DNA of 64,000 nt, from NCBI RefSeq assembly GCF_018350175.1, contig NC_058368.1, forward strand, positions 113,648,001-113,712,000, given 5' to 3'. This stretch comes from Felis catus (lineage: Eukaryota). Position 1 is the first letter of the stretch. Each line of letters opens with the position of its first letter. The notes under the pieces were generated by a model that saw only the letters and a list, made by a program, of their open reading frames with translations, was not told the origin of the DNA and ran no database searches. A program made the position numbers and the translations under genes. Positions 23,244 through 36,657 of the stretch are shown piece by piece.

Positions 23244-25784
23244 GGACTTTAAGAGACAAAACAGATGACCATAAGGGAAGGGAAACAAAAATAATATAAA
23301 AACAGAGAGGGGGACAAAATAGAAGAGACTCATAAATATGGAGAACTGAGGGTTGCTGGAGGGGTTGTGGGAGTGGGCGATGGGCTAAATGGGTAAGAAG
23401 CATTAAGGAACCTACTCCTGAAATCATTGTTTCACTATATGCTAATTTGGGTAAATTTAAAAAAATTAAAAATTAAAAAAAATAAAATAAATCTTAATTG
23501 TAGGGGTATTTACAAAGTTGTTAAAAGTGAAACTATACATGTAAAATTGGCAAAGTGTATTGCATACAAATTATTCCTCAATAAAATTGATTTTTAAAAG
23601 GCAGTTTTCCCTGTTATCAATATGGACTTTCTATTCTAAAAGTTTACCAAAGGGTCTATCTACATTCACAGCTATGAAACATCACACTTAAAGATATAAA
23701 GATGCTGGTTGCTCCTTATTTCTATCGACTATTTCTAGAATGCTTTCACAAGGCTAATATTTTAAACCAACACTTAAGATTGGGCTTAGCACAATGGATG
23801 GCCTTACCAAGTGAAGACACATTTATTACTAATGTACTTATTGATCTGCCCTGGTTGTTTATTTTCCAGAGTCCCATAAAGCCATTGGTATGGCAAAAGA
23901 CTATGCTGCTGAAGACATGGCAGAAATATTCAACACAAATATATCCCACTGCATAAAATTTCCACCTCCCATGTCTATCTTCCCCCTCTGTATCACCATG
24001 CAAACAACCTTTCTAACCTGCTCTGCCAAAGAGAATGACCTGGAATTCTGCTGCAAAATTCACCTCCAGAAACAGAAATATAGTTTGCATTTTCGGAAGC
24101 AAACAGCAATTCTCATAATGTTGATGAATCATGATACAACACAGCCCTGCAGGGTACTGAGGCTTGCCCAGGCATCCATGTTCACACCCCAGATCCTGAA
24201 GGCTGATAATGCGTCTATAACTCTAGTTTACCAAACCATGTATTGAAGCTTCTCACGCTGGGAACTGTTGTCCTATATTTTAGTAGGGAGCACAGCAAAC
24301 CACAGCATATAACATGGTGTGTATTTTCCGGAGCATCAATTTTACACGGCAATTTAGAAAGGGTAAAATGTTTTTTATGGTAAAAACAGTCAGGCTATAT
24401 TATGGAATAGAAAGAGATATTCATATGACTGGTTAAGATTTTAAAAAGACACTTCTAAGACATTTCCTACCCACTATAGCTGCTCCAGATTAAACTCCGA
24501 AAATTCTCAAACTCCTTTAGGGTTCACATTCCCTTTTCTACACTGTGAAGGGTACACTCCAGAACAATAACAAAAAGCCTGCCAAAGAAGCCAGAATATC
24601 AACAAAACCATTAAACAGGTGAGAATCAAAAAACCCCAGCTCCTGGCATGTTCCTAGACCCCCACCAACTCATCCCCACCCACTCATTCTAGACCAGTGG
24701 CTCTGCAGAAGTCAGGTGTGACACCCAACAGCCACACTTTAACCCTAGCTTAGCCACATCTCTATGATACCACTTCAGAAGAACTGCCATAGTTTTGGCA
24801 TCCATAAAACAGCGATGACAATATCTAGTTTATCAAGTACACAATAAATGTTAACTGCCTATCATCGTTGTTGTTTTACTGTTGTCCTTAATCTCTATAT
24901 ACCATAACATAAACTTTACATATCAACTGCAATCTATTCAGTAATGGATTCTTGACTATTCACTCTCAGATGCAGAAGGGGGTAATGGGAAATCTAGACA
25001 CTCAATCTGGATGCACAGGCTTTCAGGAATTTTTACTGAGACATGGTATATTCCCTGGGCATCAACTGACATCTGCAAAGGAAATAAGGGCTTTTTCCGG
25101 CTGAGCTTCAAAAAGTGACCCAAAGCAAGCTCTAGTCTTCAGTTCTGCAGTACAAACGAGCTTAAGGACCAACTCAATCTTTCTGAACAAACATAAGACC
25201 AATTTACAACTCGGAGCGTCCACTTATATATTCATATACAGCAAGAATATCTATGATCAAGAAGAATCTATCATCCACACAATGAGGGCCCTTCATGCTG
25301 AGTGGAAGCTCCCAAGAGACCAGCACCAATCAGAAGTTTGCCTTACAAGTACAGAATGACAGCCAAGACAGTGGCATGTTCTCAAGGGATGTTTCTAACA
25401 ATGACAACCCAACGAGTTATTCTCCTACATTCCAAGGATATTTCTACTAAAAGAATTTAGATAATCTCCCCTAACAAAACATTGGAAAATTCCTATTGTA
25501 TGTAACCTAAGTTTCCTCCAATCTCATCAATGGGTCTTTCTCCAGAGCCTACCCCAACATGATGTGCGATCTCTAACTTCCAGATTCCTCATCCAGTTAT
25601 TTCTTGGAATTCCTGGCAGTAAAATACCTACATTCGCAAATAATCCTTCCCCTTATTTGGCTCCCCCTTATAGCTGTGATGTACCTTAGCAACACCTTCA
25701 GAGGGCTGATACCTCTGCAAAGGGCACAGTCTCCATCCAAGGGCTTAAGGCCACCAGTGCAGCAAGTATACTACAATATTGTTG

Positions 25785-26135
25785 TGTGTGACAGAATGAG
25801 CTAGCGGTCCATCAAAGATTCATCTCAAAGATACAAAGTGTCGCTAAGCAGCTCCGAGACATGGACTTCATTCTCCAGCCCTCTTTGCATCTAGGTGGGA
25901 CCACGAGACTAATCCTAGCTAATGAAGTAGAAATAATGTACATCCTCTCCAGATCGAATAGGTAAAAGAAGAAGGTATGCCTTCTACACACCCAAGGCTG
26001 TCTCTTTCCCCATTTGCCAGTGGACACATGTTAAAAATAGTAAGCTCTCTAATAGCCGGGGTCCCTGAAGGACTGTGGGAAGCAGAGATTTGGGGATTTG
26101 ACTCTTAACAGCAGCCACCATCACCTCAGCTACCA
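25785..26135 (+). mobile_element. MaLR solo LTR (MLT1-like)
   Basis: CCAGCCCTCTTTGCATCTAGGTGGGACCACGAGACTAATCCTAGCTAATG core. Confidence 0.7.
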
Positions 26136-27249
26136 CACTGCGTTCACTGCTGGAGTACACAAGACTGCTGAGGCCCCAAAGCAATGTGGATTGTGCTCAC
26201 AAGTCTTGCCAAGGACCCCATGAAAACAGGTTGCTTCTTTAGTTTCCTCTAGAAGAAACAAATAAGCAGTGCCCACGTGAAGAACAAGCCAAGGATACAG
26301 GTGAGGGCCAAGCTCTCCTTTGTCTCCTTTGTTTTCTCACAAAGGTCTAGATCGAGACAGAGTTTGTTGGTCATGGACTTCCCTATGAACTAAGATAACC
26401 ACCAGAACAAGGGGTCTCTGAACTGTAGTCTCACTACTACCCTCCAACCACCTCAGAATACAGAAACAACTTAAACCACCATAAAAGGCAACACTTGGGC
26501 TACTCAGCAAGTCCTATCACCCTGGACCAAGTTTAGGTTCCATGTTCTAAATCCCTGCTGTGCCAGAAGCAACCTCCCCCTACTTGTGTCCAAACTGTAC
26601 AGCCCAGGAGTTTTCCCTTTCTGTGCAGGGGATGGATACTCCAAGTCATGACCTGCCACAATCTGTCCCCTGAGACCAAAACCAGACATTCTGATCTCTT
26701 TATTACCTTAGCAAGACACAGCTTATAAAAGGGTGAGCAGATGGGAGAGAAAGTGGAGAGGGCAGCGACAGAAATGAAGCTGAGATGGTAGGCCTCATGC
26801 TTTAAATGGCAAAGAACCTTCAGAGGAGTTAACCAAGAGGATTCTAAGACACAATCACATCTGCATTTCATGAGCATAGTCATGTGGGGAAAATGTATAG
26901 GCAGGGAGCTGAGTTAGGAGCCTGGCACAGCCAACCAGGAGAGATGGCCACATGGGATCCAGTCCCCAAACTGTCCTTCCACACAACTGCCTCAACTGCT
27001 CCTGCACTTAGTTAGGGTTTGTTGGGATGCATGGGATATAAGATCCCTTTACTTTGGTTGCATCATCCGTCCTCATTCTGCATCTTTCCCTGAAAAATGT
27101 GTAGGCTCTGTCCACTCACTGCAAGGGAGTTTGTGTCCTCCCTCAAATGTACTTTAAAGGAGAAGCAGCCCCTCCCTGTAAGGTAGGGTCATCGTCTCAG
27201 TATCCTACCACCAGCCTTCGGATTCCCCTTCTGGCTCTCCTCACTGATC

Positions 27250-28450
27250 CCTACCCCACCACCACCCATCCTCAATTAATGACCAATCTGAATTGTGGGA
27301 GCTGTTGATACCTTTCTACCCAGTTCCCCCACCTTGGGCTGAAATACCAAATCCTACTGATTCTACCTTCTGAATCTGTCTCAAGTCCTTCAGCTTCCGT
27401 CCTTCTTTCTACATGGCTGTCACATAATCCAAGCCAATAGCAACCCCGTCAGAAGGACTAAAGGAATACCCTTCCATCGTGGAGACACCACATCTATTCG
27501 TGCTGCCTCCAACCGACTTTCCATAAGGCAACTAAATGATCTTTTAAACACTTAGATGTGATCATGCCCCTCTCTATTTAAAATCTTGAGGGACGCCTAG
27601 GTGGCTCAATCGGTTAAGTGTCTGATTTTGGCTCAGGTCATGATCTCACAGTTCATGAGTTCGAACCCCAAGTCTGGCTCTTCAATGACAGTGAGGAGCC
27701 CACATCAGATTCTCGGTCTCCCTCCCTCCCTCCCTCCCTCCTTCTGTCTCCCTCCCTCCCTCTCTCTCTGGCCCTCCCCTGTTCACAGTCTTTCTCTGTC
27801 ACAAAACAAATAAATAAAAATAAAATAAAAACAAAACCTTGAGAAGTCTGCTTTCATTCTCAAGGGAAACGCAAATCTCCATGGGGTTCACAACCACGTA
27901 ATGCTCTCTGGGGTCCCTGCCTACCTGTCCAGTGGTCTTTTTGCTTTTCTCCCCCTCTGTTCCTACAGATTGGCCTCCTTCTTTCAGTTCCTGAAATGTC
28001 ACAGGATTCTAATTTTCTCGGAGTGCTCAGTCTCTGGGAGTACACCTGTGACCATGTCCACCTTCCTGTCCTTGCTCCCACATATCCTTCATCTCTGTTA
28101 AAGACACAGCTTGCCAGTGAAGCCCTTCAAGCTCACACCTATCCCCACATGCCATCAGTTCCCTCATTACATATAACAGACATTACACTGTGCTCTGAAT
28201 ACAATATAACTAGGTTATATAAAGTCAGTATAAATAACTATAGGTATGTGAAATACATACAATCTTATTATATTGTACTTTTTCCTTTCACAACTGTAAT
28301 TAAAAGCTTGTTTGCTTAATTGTCTAATACCTGTCTCCTCCACTGGAACATAAGCTCCAGAAAGGCAGGAAGGGGCTCAACTCGTTCAGTGCTATAACCT
28401 CAGTGCCTGCAACACCCACAGCACACAGCAGGCCCTCAGGAAGTCTGATA
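27250..28450 (+). mobile_element. L2 (a minus-strand L2 piece lies at ~26720-26950)
   Basis: GATCATGCCCCTCTCT..TAAGCTCCAGAAAGGCAGG..CTCAGTGCCTG. Confidence 0.75.
27590..27832 (+). mobile_element. Can-SINE inside L2
   Basis: TSD AAAA(T/C)CTTGA at 27580-27589 and 27833-27842. Confidence 0.93.
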
Positions 28451-29619
28451 CGGCACAATAAATTCAGTCTTCCCATGTAAAAGATGGAAAGACTGAGGCC
28501 AGGATACAGGAAGGGGCCTTCCCCAAGTCTTACCATCTTTGTCAGAGCCACCGTGTAAACCTTGGACTCTTAATCCACAGTTCAGTCCCTGGCCACACTG
28601 ACTGACTAGCCCCAAGAGATCAATCCACTTATAATCCAAAGGAGAGTGTAAAACCCAAACTAGAGGGACCAAAGATCTGTGTTCAAATCCTGGATCTGGC
28701 ACTTAAAGATGACAAGGTTGTGGTAGAAATAAACAAGGCCATGCGTATGCTATCATCGGCACAGGATCAAGCACACACTATCCCTCTGGGGAGGAAGCTA
28801 TTCCTCGGATAGCTGGCGAAGTGTGTTCGATGCCCATGCATCAGCCTCCATCAGGCCAGAATGGTCGTGTCCCTAGGAAGGCAGGAAAGTATTCCCTGAT
28901 GAGCACTTACTGTTCCCCACACGCAGCAGCAAATAGTGTTGGATGAAGATGATAAACACATGACACGGATCTTACCACACAGACGTGTGTTCAACATCAG
29001 ACACACCTGCCCGGTGGCCGGTGATCCATCTTCAAAAGACAGCATTGCTGGCTACCTGATTTCTGCCAGCCCAGCAGTTGTGAGGAATTTAAATTTTGAT
29101 TTAAATGCCCTCATAGCATTATTACTGAATATACCAAAGGCTCTATTCTAACGTGGGCAAAAGAGTCCATCATCAGCCTAGCTCATACTCCATCTATGTC
29201 CAAACAGCCTCGGCCTCGCGCACGAAAGTCTGTGTCCTGGAAGCATTTCACCACTGGCATATTACAATGATGTTTCGTCCAATTCCGTAATCACCTTTTT
29301 TTTTTTTTTTCCGCCCATGTTTCAGGCCCTGTGTGAGGCCCTGGGGATTCAGCAACGATGAAACGCAACCTCTGCTCCAGGAAGCTCACAGTCTAGTGAA
29401 CTATGCTTGTAAAGCACGTTATAATCTACTAAGTGATTTCACTTAAACCCCCTATGCATCTTTCCTGGTATTTTTATTATCATTGTACATGTCTTCCTTG
29501 GTCCAAGAAGATCTTAACAAAATGTGTTTCCAGTTAAAATTAGGCAAAGGAGTTTAATTACCTACATTTTGGCTTTAAGATTCTAAGTAGGGAGGAACAA
29601 ATCCTGAATTTCACTAAAA

Positions 29620-30095
29620 ATGTACAGGGTGCAAGACCAGTGAACAGCTGCCCAAAAGCAATTGCAAACCCCCTTTTCCCTTACTGCCTCTCACCAAGAC
29701 ACTTGCCAGCCTCCCTTTTAGTGAGGGGTCATCATACAACCTAGTCCTGGCCATACACTAGCTCTAGGAATCTGCTCCAGGGCTTCTAGGACCGCTTTTG
29801 CTCTGATTTTAAGAAAAGACAGCTCCAACTGCCTTGGCCCTTATTCCTTCTGTCTTCACATCAGAGAGATGTAATGTCCAGAGCCACAGCAGCCACCTTG
29901 CAGACAGGAGGCAGTGAGGAAGCCAGAAGGGAAAGAGCCAGTGTCACTCTTGTTGACACTGTTGGGCCTCTAAGACCATGACAGTAGCTGTATCCCTTCA
30001 GACCATTTGTTCGCTAAGAAAAACCAGGGCCTGATTGTTTTAACCACTATGGGAGAGGCTTTCTGCTACCTTCAGCCACACAGTCGTGGAATCCA
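29620..30095 (+). mobile_element. MaLR solo LTR (MLT1J/K-like)
   Basis: GCAGCCACCTTG core and TTGTTTTAACCACT..TTTCTGCTACCTTCAGCC end. Confidence 0.7.
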
Positions 30096-30249
30096 TAGTT
30101 CGGGGCATGACTGAGCACATGCTCTTGAACTAGACACCCTTGGGCTCACGTGCCAGTTCAGTCACTGACTCGCGACACAAGTCCAGATACAAGTTATTTA
30201 ATCCCGGACAGTTTACTTGTTTCCATCTTTTATGAGATAAAAACACTGT

Positions 30250-30865
30250 AACTGCTGGCGAGAATGTAAGAGGATGCAGCACTATAGAAAACAAGGTGAT
30301 GGCTCCTCAAAAAACTACCTTATGATGCAGCAATCTCACTTCTGGGTACCTAACCACAAGAAATGGAAGCAGCGACTCGAAAAGCCGTCTGCACATCCAT
30401 CCTGAGAACGGCATTATTCACAAGAGCCAGAAGGTGGAAGCAGTCCCAGGGTCCATCAGCAGGTAACGGGATAAACAGTGATGTATGTAAGTGGAATAGT
30501 ATTCAGTTTTAAAAAGGAAGGAAATTATTTCACAAGGCTCCAACATGGATGAAACCTGAAGACCTTATACTCAGAGCAATAAGCGGGTCATAAAAGAACA
30601 AATACTACGTGATTCTTTCCACGGGAGCTACGTCGTCAAATTCACAGAGACAGAAAGTAGAATGGTAACCATCAGGGACCAGGGAGAGAGAGAAACAGTG
30701 CTTCCGTCACCCAAGACGAAAACAGCTCCGGAGATGGATGGGGTGATGGTTTCTCTTAGTGTGAGTACAGTTAACGTCGCTGAACTGCATACTTAAAAAT
30801 GGTTAAAGTGGTCATTTTAGGTTACCTATATTTTACCACCATTTTTAAAAAATAATTTTTAATAA
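30250..30865 (+). mobile_element. L1MB-type 3' end
   Basis: GAGACAGAAAGTAGAATGG..CTTAAAAATGGTTAAAGTGG..TATATTTTACCAC terminus. Confidence 0.85.
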
Positions 30866-32857
30866 AAAGATAAATGGCTTTTGAAAATAGTTTTAGGGAT
30901 TAAATAAAATGAAAAACTTGTAAATGAGTTCATAGCTTGTCAGACTGTACAGCCACACATAGCTTGTCAGGCTGACCACCATTGTTGGGTCAAGTCCCGC
31001 AGTACTTGACCCCAAGCGGATTTGTCCCAGACCAACGTATCTACAAAATGCTCCATTCACGGAGCTAACAGGCACAATCACTTGTCTCTACAGGAAACCA
31101 AACAGGAGTCTAACAGTTTCCTGCCCTGAGGAAAGCAAAAAGATTTCCACAAAGAGCCACATTACTAATGTATATCTGCCCCAAAGGGTTATGGGAAAAA
31201 AATGTATCTTCAGAGGTCGGAGCCACTGCTCATGGCTCGGGAATCTGAGAAATGCTTCAAAGGAAAGATGGCACTGGTGCTGAGGAATGAGCACATTTAC
31301 TGTAGAAAAAAAAGGGGGGGTTTTCAAGACACTTCCAGCTAGCAGTAACAGCAACACGAGCCAAGATGGCAGACCATCCCACCTGGCTGAAGGGAATTGG
31401 GCATTAGGACAAACGGGAAAGACAAAAGCCAGACAAAGCCCCAAGCACCGGGCAAGAAAGTTGTACCTTTGTTGCACAGAGGAAGGCAGGAGATAAAGAT
31501 GCGTGTCTGTATCCACGGCATTTAGGACTATTCTAAGCACACCCCGAGTTCTCAAAAATTGTTGACTCACTCAGTGGCCAAGAGCACCTGCAGAGATCTA
31601 CCAGATGACTAGCAATGGTTTACTGAGGTCCCCCTTAGCTGCTGAGACCGTCTCCTGTGGACCACTAATACCTGGACTACTTCCAAAGACAAGAAAAAGC
31701 AAAAACAACGCAAAAGGACTTTAGTTACTGATGGACTTTAGTTACACTCTGGGCCAGTCCTAGCCCCCCCAAAATCCCTTATCACACATGCCCCCAGATG
31801 GGATCTGCCCACCAGACAGAATAGGACTTCCTTCCTGAAGGAACACGGGCCCACCTACCTCCCAGAACAACCCCAAATCTGGGCACCTGCCTTCTTGAGA
31901 GCAACTGCCCATGTCCTTCTCCGTATTCAAGTCAAGCAAACTAGCCCAAATAATTGAGGAATAAAAGCAGAAAAATGGACAAGGAGATCCAAGACAAAAA
32001 AAAAATTATTCAATTGAGTCCAATTTTAAGAAATTATTTCAAAGTTCTAATCGTTATAAGTGATGAAACAATTCATGACAGAAATTGCAATTACCAAAGA
32101 AATGATCTGTTCTGCAACAGCAATTTTAGTGACATTTATAACACACAAGAAATCATGAAGCTTAATTATTTGAATTTACTGGGGCTACAGATGCCGTGTT
32201 GAAATCTAATTAAACAGATCCACCGAAACTGGCCAGCTGAAGAAATGGCAAAGTTGCTGAACCGTGCACTGGTTTTTAAAAGCGGTTCGTGAACAGCCTC
32301 CAAATAGGCAGTGAGTAATGATCTATCTTTCTCCCTCAACTGTCATTTGAAAAAAAAAGAGACATTTCTATATTGATCTTCAGTCCTTCACAATAGAATT
32401 TACTTCAACTCCTAAAACACATCCCCCATTCCAATGATCTCCAATAGATCTCTAGGATAAATGGAAATTCCCTCACTACTCACCTTTCAGGTCTTATATC
32501 TAAACTCTACCAGGTCTCAAGGAAATAGGCACAAATCCTCAAGTGGCTGAGAAAAAGGTTTCCTTCCTCAATTTTTTAAGAATGTTAACAGTCAAATATT
32601 AACAACTTCAAGAAGTTCTGTAACTCCTGAAATATCAATGAACTGCCTGTTTCAATACTAAGTATTCCATACAGATAAGATTCTGATTATAAAAACTAAC
32701 AAATGCTCCAAGAAGAAAATAGAGAAAACACCCAGAGTTATCAAAAAAAAAAAAAAATTTAAAACTGCCAGCCATCCCACATATAACCATTTATAACCAT
32801 GTATATCCATTTCGTTCTCTGTCTTTCCAAAGTATTTTCTAAGCATACCTATTTTTT

Positions 32858-33079
32858 TTTAATTTTTTAAAATTGTTTTTATTTATTTTTGAAGGGAGAG
32901 AGAGAGACAGAGCATGAGCAGGGGAGGAGCAGAGAGAGAGGGAGACATAGAATCCGAAGCAGGCTCCAGGCTCTGAGCTGTCAGCACAGAGCCCAACGTG
33001 GGACTAGAACTCACGAACCATGAGATCATGACCCGAGCCGAAGTCGGACGCTTAACCGACGAAGCCACCCAGGCACCCC
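32858..33079 (-). mobile_element. Can-SINE (felid)
   Basis: TSD TAAGCATACCTATTTTTT starting at 32840 and 33080. Confidence 0.96.
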
Positions 33080-34082
33080 TAAGCATACCTATTTTTTTTT
33101 TACCACAACAAGACCACGTTATATTTATTTAGTCTTCTATCTTATTTTACCATCAAGCGTTCTATCAAGCACATTTAATGTGATTTCTTTAAACAATCCC
33201 CTCCTTCTGGATTTACGGCTTCTTCCCACATTTTAAACTTTTATCAATAAACTGACTCATATCCACCTATGTAAACCTGTATCTGCATCTCTAATTCCTT
33301 AGGAGTGATTCTCAGAAACTAACTCCTGGGACCCTGTTCATTGACTTCTTAAGGTGCCTACTAAGAGCAGCCAAATTGCTTTATGTAAAAGTTCTACCAA
33401 TCTACATTTCTACCAACTGAGTAATTGAACAGCCCAAATTGCAAACTATTTTTTTCTCCCCAAATGCATTATTCAATTTTCAGTGCAGGCCCTGCCAGCT
33501 TCTTTCACATGTTTCCCTTTGTTTTACAATTTCTGATACACTATTTTGTTCCATTTTCCATTAACGTTACAATTAACATTAGGGTCTTCAAGTGTCTTCT
33601 AAAACATGATTCTCTTATAAGCACATGTAGACCATCATATAAAAGGTATTGCTTTAAAGGGAGCAAGGTGGAAAGGTTGACAAGCTTTTCACGTTTAGTA
33701 GCAATTTGTATTTCCTTTTCTGTTAATTACCTGCTTATATCCTTCATTGATTTTCATACTAGAGCTTTAGTACTGTTCCCGTGTATTTATATACTAATAG
33801 AATCCTTTGTTGCCTGTTTTTCCAAGATATTTTATCAGCATTTTATTTTCTTGTGCAAGTCTTTTGATGTCTAGAGAGGTGGATTTTATTTACAGTCGTT
33901 TTCCTCCTTTGAAATCTTATTTCTGTTGGCTCCCCCAGTAACAGAGTTACCTACAATTTTTCGTAGCTTTTATAATGAGGGTATTTAACCCTTTAATAGA
34001 ACTAAAATATGTTTTTGGTATACTGTGTGAGGAAAGGCTGTAATTCTATTGTTTCCAAGTGGTTAATTTAAAACCCTCTTTC

Positions 34083-34322
34083 GGGGCGCCTGGGTGGTGC
34101 AGTCGGTTAAGCGTCCGACTTCAGCCAGGTCACGATCTCGCGGTCCGTGAGTTTGAGCCCCGCGTCGGGCTCTGGGGTGATGGCTCAGAGCCTGGAGCTT
34201 GTTTCCGATTCTGTGTCTCCCTCTCTCTCTGCCCCTCCCCCGCTCATGCTCTGTCTCTCTCTATCCCAAAAATAAATAAAAACGTTGAAAAAAAAATTAA
34301 AAATAAATAAATAAATAAAAAA
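34083..34322 (+). mobile_element. Young Felis-type Can-SINE
   Basis: CpG-rich, near consensus; TSD TAAAACCCTCTTTC at 34069-34082 and 34323-34336. Confidence 0.97.
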
Positions 34323-35337
34323 TAAAACCCTCTTTCATATTAGGTTCCATGTCTAGACTATTCTGTTCCATTCAACAGTATGTTCCTGCACTAATAACCA
34401 TGGTCTTAATTAGCATAGCTTGGGTACATTTTATATCTGGAAATGCAAATCTCCCCTGATTATACATCATTTTCAAAATTTTATGGCAATTCCAGCCAGC
34501 TTATTCTTCAAGAATTTGAGAATAATTTGACACATTCCAAAAAAAGAAGAAAGAAAACCCCAGCTGAGACGGTGATTGGAATGGGGTGAAATGACACATT
34601 ATTTTGGAAAGAACTGACATCTTTATCACACTGAGAGAAACTGGCAGCACACACCTCCATTTATTCAAGTCGTCTTTTATGTCAGTCAATAAATTTTTGT
34701 GATGTTCTTCATATGGATTCTGCAGCATTTCTTGTTATGCTATTCCTGTGTGTCTTATATATTTTGACTCCTAAGTGAACGGCACCAAGCAAGGCAAGTC
34801 TGAAATGATATTCCCAAATTTCAACACCACAATGTGGAAGATAAGCTCTCTCTCTGGGGCCTGATGGAGAGGCTCAACATTTAGGAAATAAGTGAAAAGA
34901 ATGAACAAATGAGTGGATGAGTGAATGAATGGGTGGATAACAAATGGGCTCACGAGCCCTGGTGCCAGAGAAGACCTGGGTTAGTCAGACCGCAGAGCAG
35001 ACTCATGATGGATCTCTCAAGCTCAAGGCCCACTTTAGACTTTTCGAAGAAAAATAAATCACCTTAAAATATTGACACAACCACCTCTGGCATTGTGTCC
35101 CTTACGGTACATTCTCCCACAACTCTCGATCTTGTACCCTATCTCCAGGGGTGAGCACAACCACGCCAAGGTCTTTCTTGGGAACTTCAGTTTTGAACAG
35201 AATGCCAGTGGCCTTTGGAACTGAGTCAGGATGTTGTCAGCCTGATGGATAATAAAAAGCTGCATTACGAGACAACAATTTTACTGCGATGCCATCCATA
35301 CGCCATGCAATTAACCCATTTAAAGTGTATAATTCTA

Positions 35338-35579
35338 GGGGCACCTGGATGACTCAGTCAGTTAAGTGCCTGACTCTTGATTTTGGCTCAGGTCATGACC
35401 TCACGGTTCATGAGTTCAAGCCCCACATCAGGCTCTGCGCTGACAGTATGGAGCCTGCTTGGGATTCTCTGTCTCCCTCTCTCTCCGCCCCTCCCCTGCT
35501 CATGCTCTGTCTCTGTCTCAAAAATAAATAAAACATTAAAAAATTTTAAAAATAGATAAACAAATACAACTTAAAAACT
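35338..35579 (+). mobile_element. Can-SINE
   Basis: Degenerate TSD AAAGTGTATAATTCTA / AATGTGTACAATCCTA. Confidence 0.93.
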
Positions 35580-35665
35580 AATGTGTACAATCCTATGGTT
35601 TGTAGTACCAAGGGGTGTGCAACCATCATCCCCCCCAAAATAGAAACCCTATCGTCAATTTAAGC

Positions 35666-36035
35666 TTTTTAAAAATTTTGGTAAGATATACTTAACATAA
35701 AATTTATCATCTTGACTCTTTTTAAGTGTGCAGTTCACAGTGTTACGTATACTCACACTGCTCGGCAATCAATCTCTGGAACCTTTCCATCTTGCAAAAC
35801 TGAAGCCCTGTACCCATTAAACAACACCACCCTATTCCTCTCCCCTTTTTAGCCCCAGGCAACCACCATTCTACTTTCTGTTTCTATGAATTTGACTGCT
35901 CTAGATGCCTCATATAAGTGGAATCACATAGTATTTGAATTTTTGTGACTGGCTTATTTCACTTAGCAAAATATCCTCAAGGTTTATCCATGTTGTAGCA
36001 TGTGTCAGGATTTCCTTCCTTTTTAAGGCTGAATG
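35666..36035 (-). mobile_element. L1MB-type 3' end (another L1M fragment at ~35270-35660)
   Basis: AACATAAAATTTATCATCTT..CATCTTGCAAAACTGAA; flanked by TAAGCTTTT on both sides. Confidence 0.85.
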
Positions 36036-36657
36036 CATTATAAGCTTTTGCAAGGGGAAGAGGAAGAGGGAGAGGTAAAGAGAGAAATAGATTAAGAAGG
36101 ACAGAGACCAGCAGCTGGGAGGCTCTGCCCTGGTCCCAGCAGGAGGCGATGATGGCCTGCCCCACAGCAGTGAGGGGGAGAACTGTAGACAACTTCAAGA
36201 CATGCCTTGGATTATTACACTTAAATTCATGCAATTAGATTCCTCAAAAGACATGGGATTGGGGGCTAAAGCAAGGATTAACTGAAATTCTGATCAAGAA
36301 GAAATCAGGCCCCCAGATGCCATTTGCCACTGCAGAGCTCAGTATCACACCATCTCTGCCATGGCAAAACACGGGAGATGTCTTCACAGGAGAGGGGACA
36401 GGAGAGGGTCTCTTCGTTAAAGGACTTCAGACATAGGGTACAAAGATAGGGTACAAAGGCTAGGGTACCTCACATAAGGGAGGTAAACAAACCAAGGAGG
36501 GTGCTGAAACCCCACGACCACCCCTTCAGCCCTCTCATCCTCACTGGTGCCTACAAGCACTGGCACCCTGATCTTCCCTTTCCAGGCAAGAATGCTAGGA
36601 GTCTTCTCTGGAGAGCATGAGCCGCCATGATATCTGAAAATATCAACACTAATTCTT

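Larger units (their letters stand above)
16574..23483 (+). mobile_element. Near-full-length carnivore/felid LINE-1, inactive
   Basis: GC-rich 5' UTR, ORF1 and ORF2 remnants, A-rich tail; 12-bp TSD AAAATAAATCTT at 16562-16573 and 23484-23495. Confidence 0.97.
9567..26540 (+). pseudogene. ABCA5/6-subfamily intronless fossil unit U2 (split by a ~9-kb L1/SINE nest at ~14.5-23.6 kb)
   Basis: MFQAGWPQ..LLFDNHL..C..SLFP from 9567; FSYQ 10874-10885; DDAIIQ 10997-11014 (cf. IDAAIIQ); IMG..NTRFW..LY ~11694-11748; FE(K)MIPN 12703-12722; LAGGKTSKLPFW 13228-13263 (cf. LSGGQKRKLTFG); FLVP 14208-14219. Resumes after the L1 nest with APYF..HK..QHLRLGL..LPS..LIDLP from 23711 (cf. PPYF..HKIKAYTQLKLSGLLPS..VDIP); P(N)EARIST 24582-24604 (cf. 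PNGAGKST); SIQGLK 25732-25749. Confidence 0.85.
32750..34770 (-). mobile_element. Old L1ME-type fragment with two SINE insertions
   Basis: Reverse-strand L1 ORF2/3' UTR-like sequence; minus ORF remnant LLTDIKDDLNKWR. Confidence 0.7.

Noticed and set aside
29081..29113. Imperfect palindrome TGAGGAATTTAAAT-TTTG-ATTTAAATGCCCTCA
   Set aside because: Short and AT-rich, and coincides with the RNLNFD codons; no support for a structured RNA.
30931..30974. 17-bp direct repeat CATAGCTTGTCAG(A/G)CTG (similar 13-bp repeat at 31716-31745; TAGGGTAC x3 at ~36444-36468)
   Set aside because: Ordinary micro-duplications with two or three copies; not CRISPR-like or otherwise organised.
35063..35241. Candidate minus-strand exon (CATCAG acceptor, AAG/GTGATT donor, one open frame)
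   Set aside because: No recognisable product. The + strand is explained as NBD2 of unit U3 (KVFLGNFS, GCC). A non-coding host exon cannot be excluded without RNA data.
35132..36462. 13-bp inverted match AGATAGGGTACAA about 1.3 kb apart
   Set aside because: Many matches of this length are expected by chance in 64 kb.
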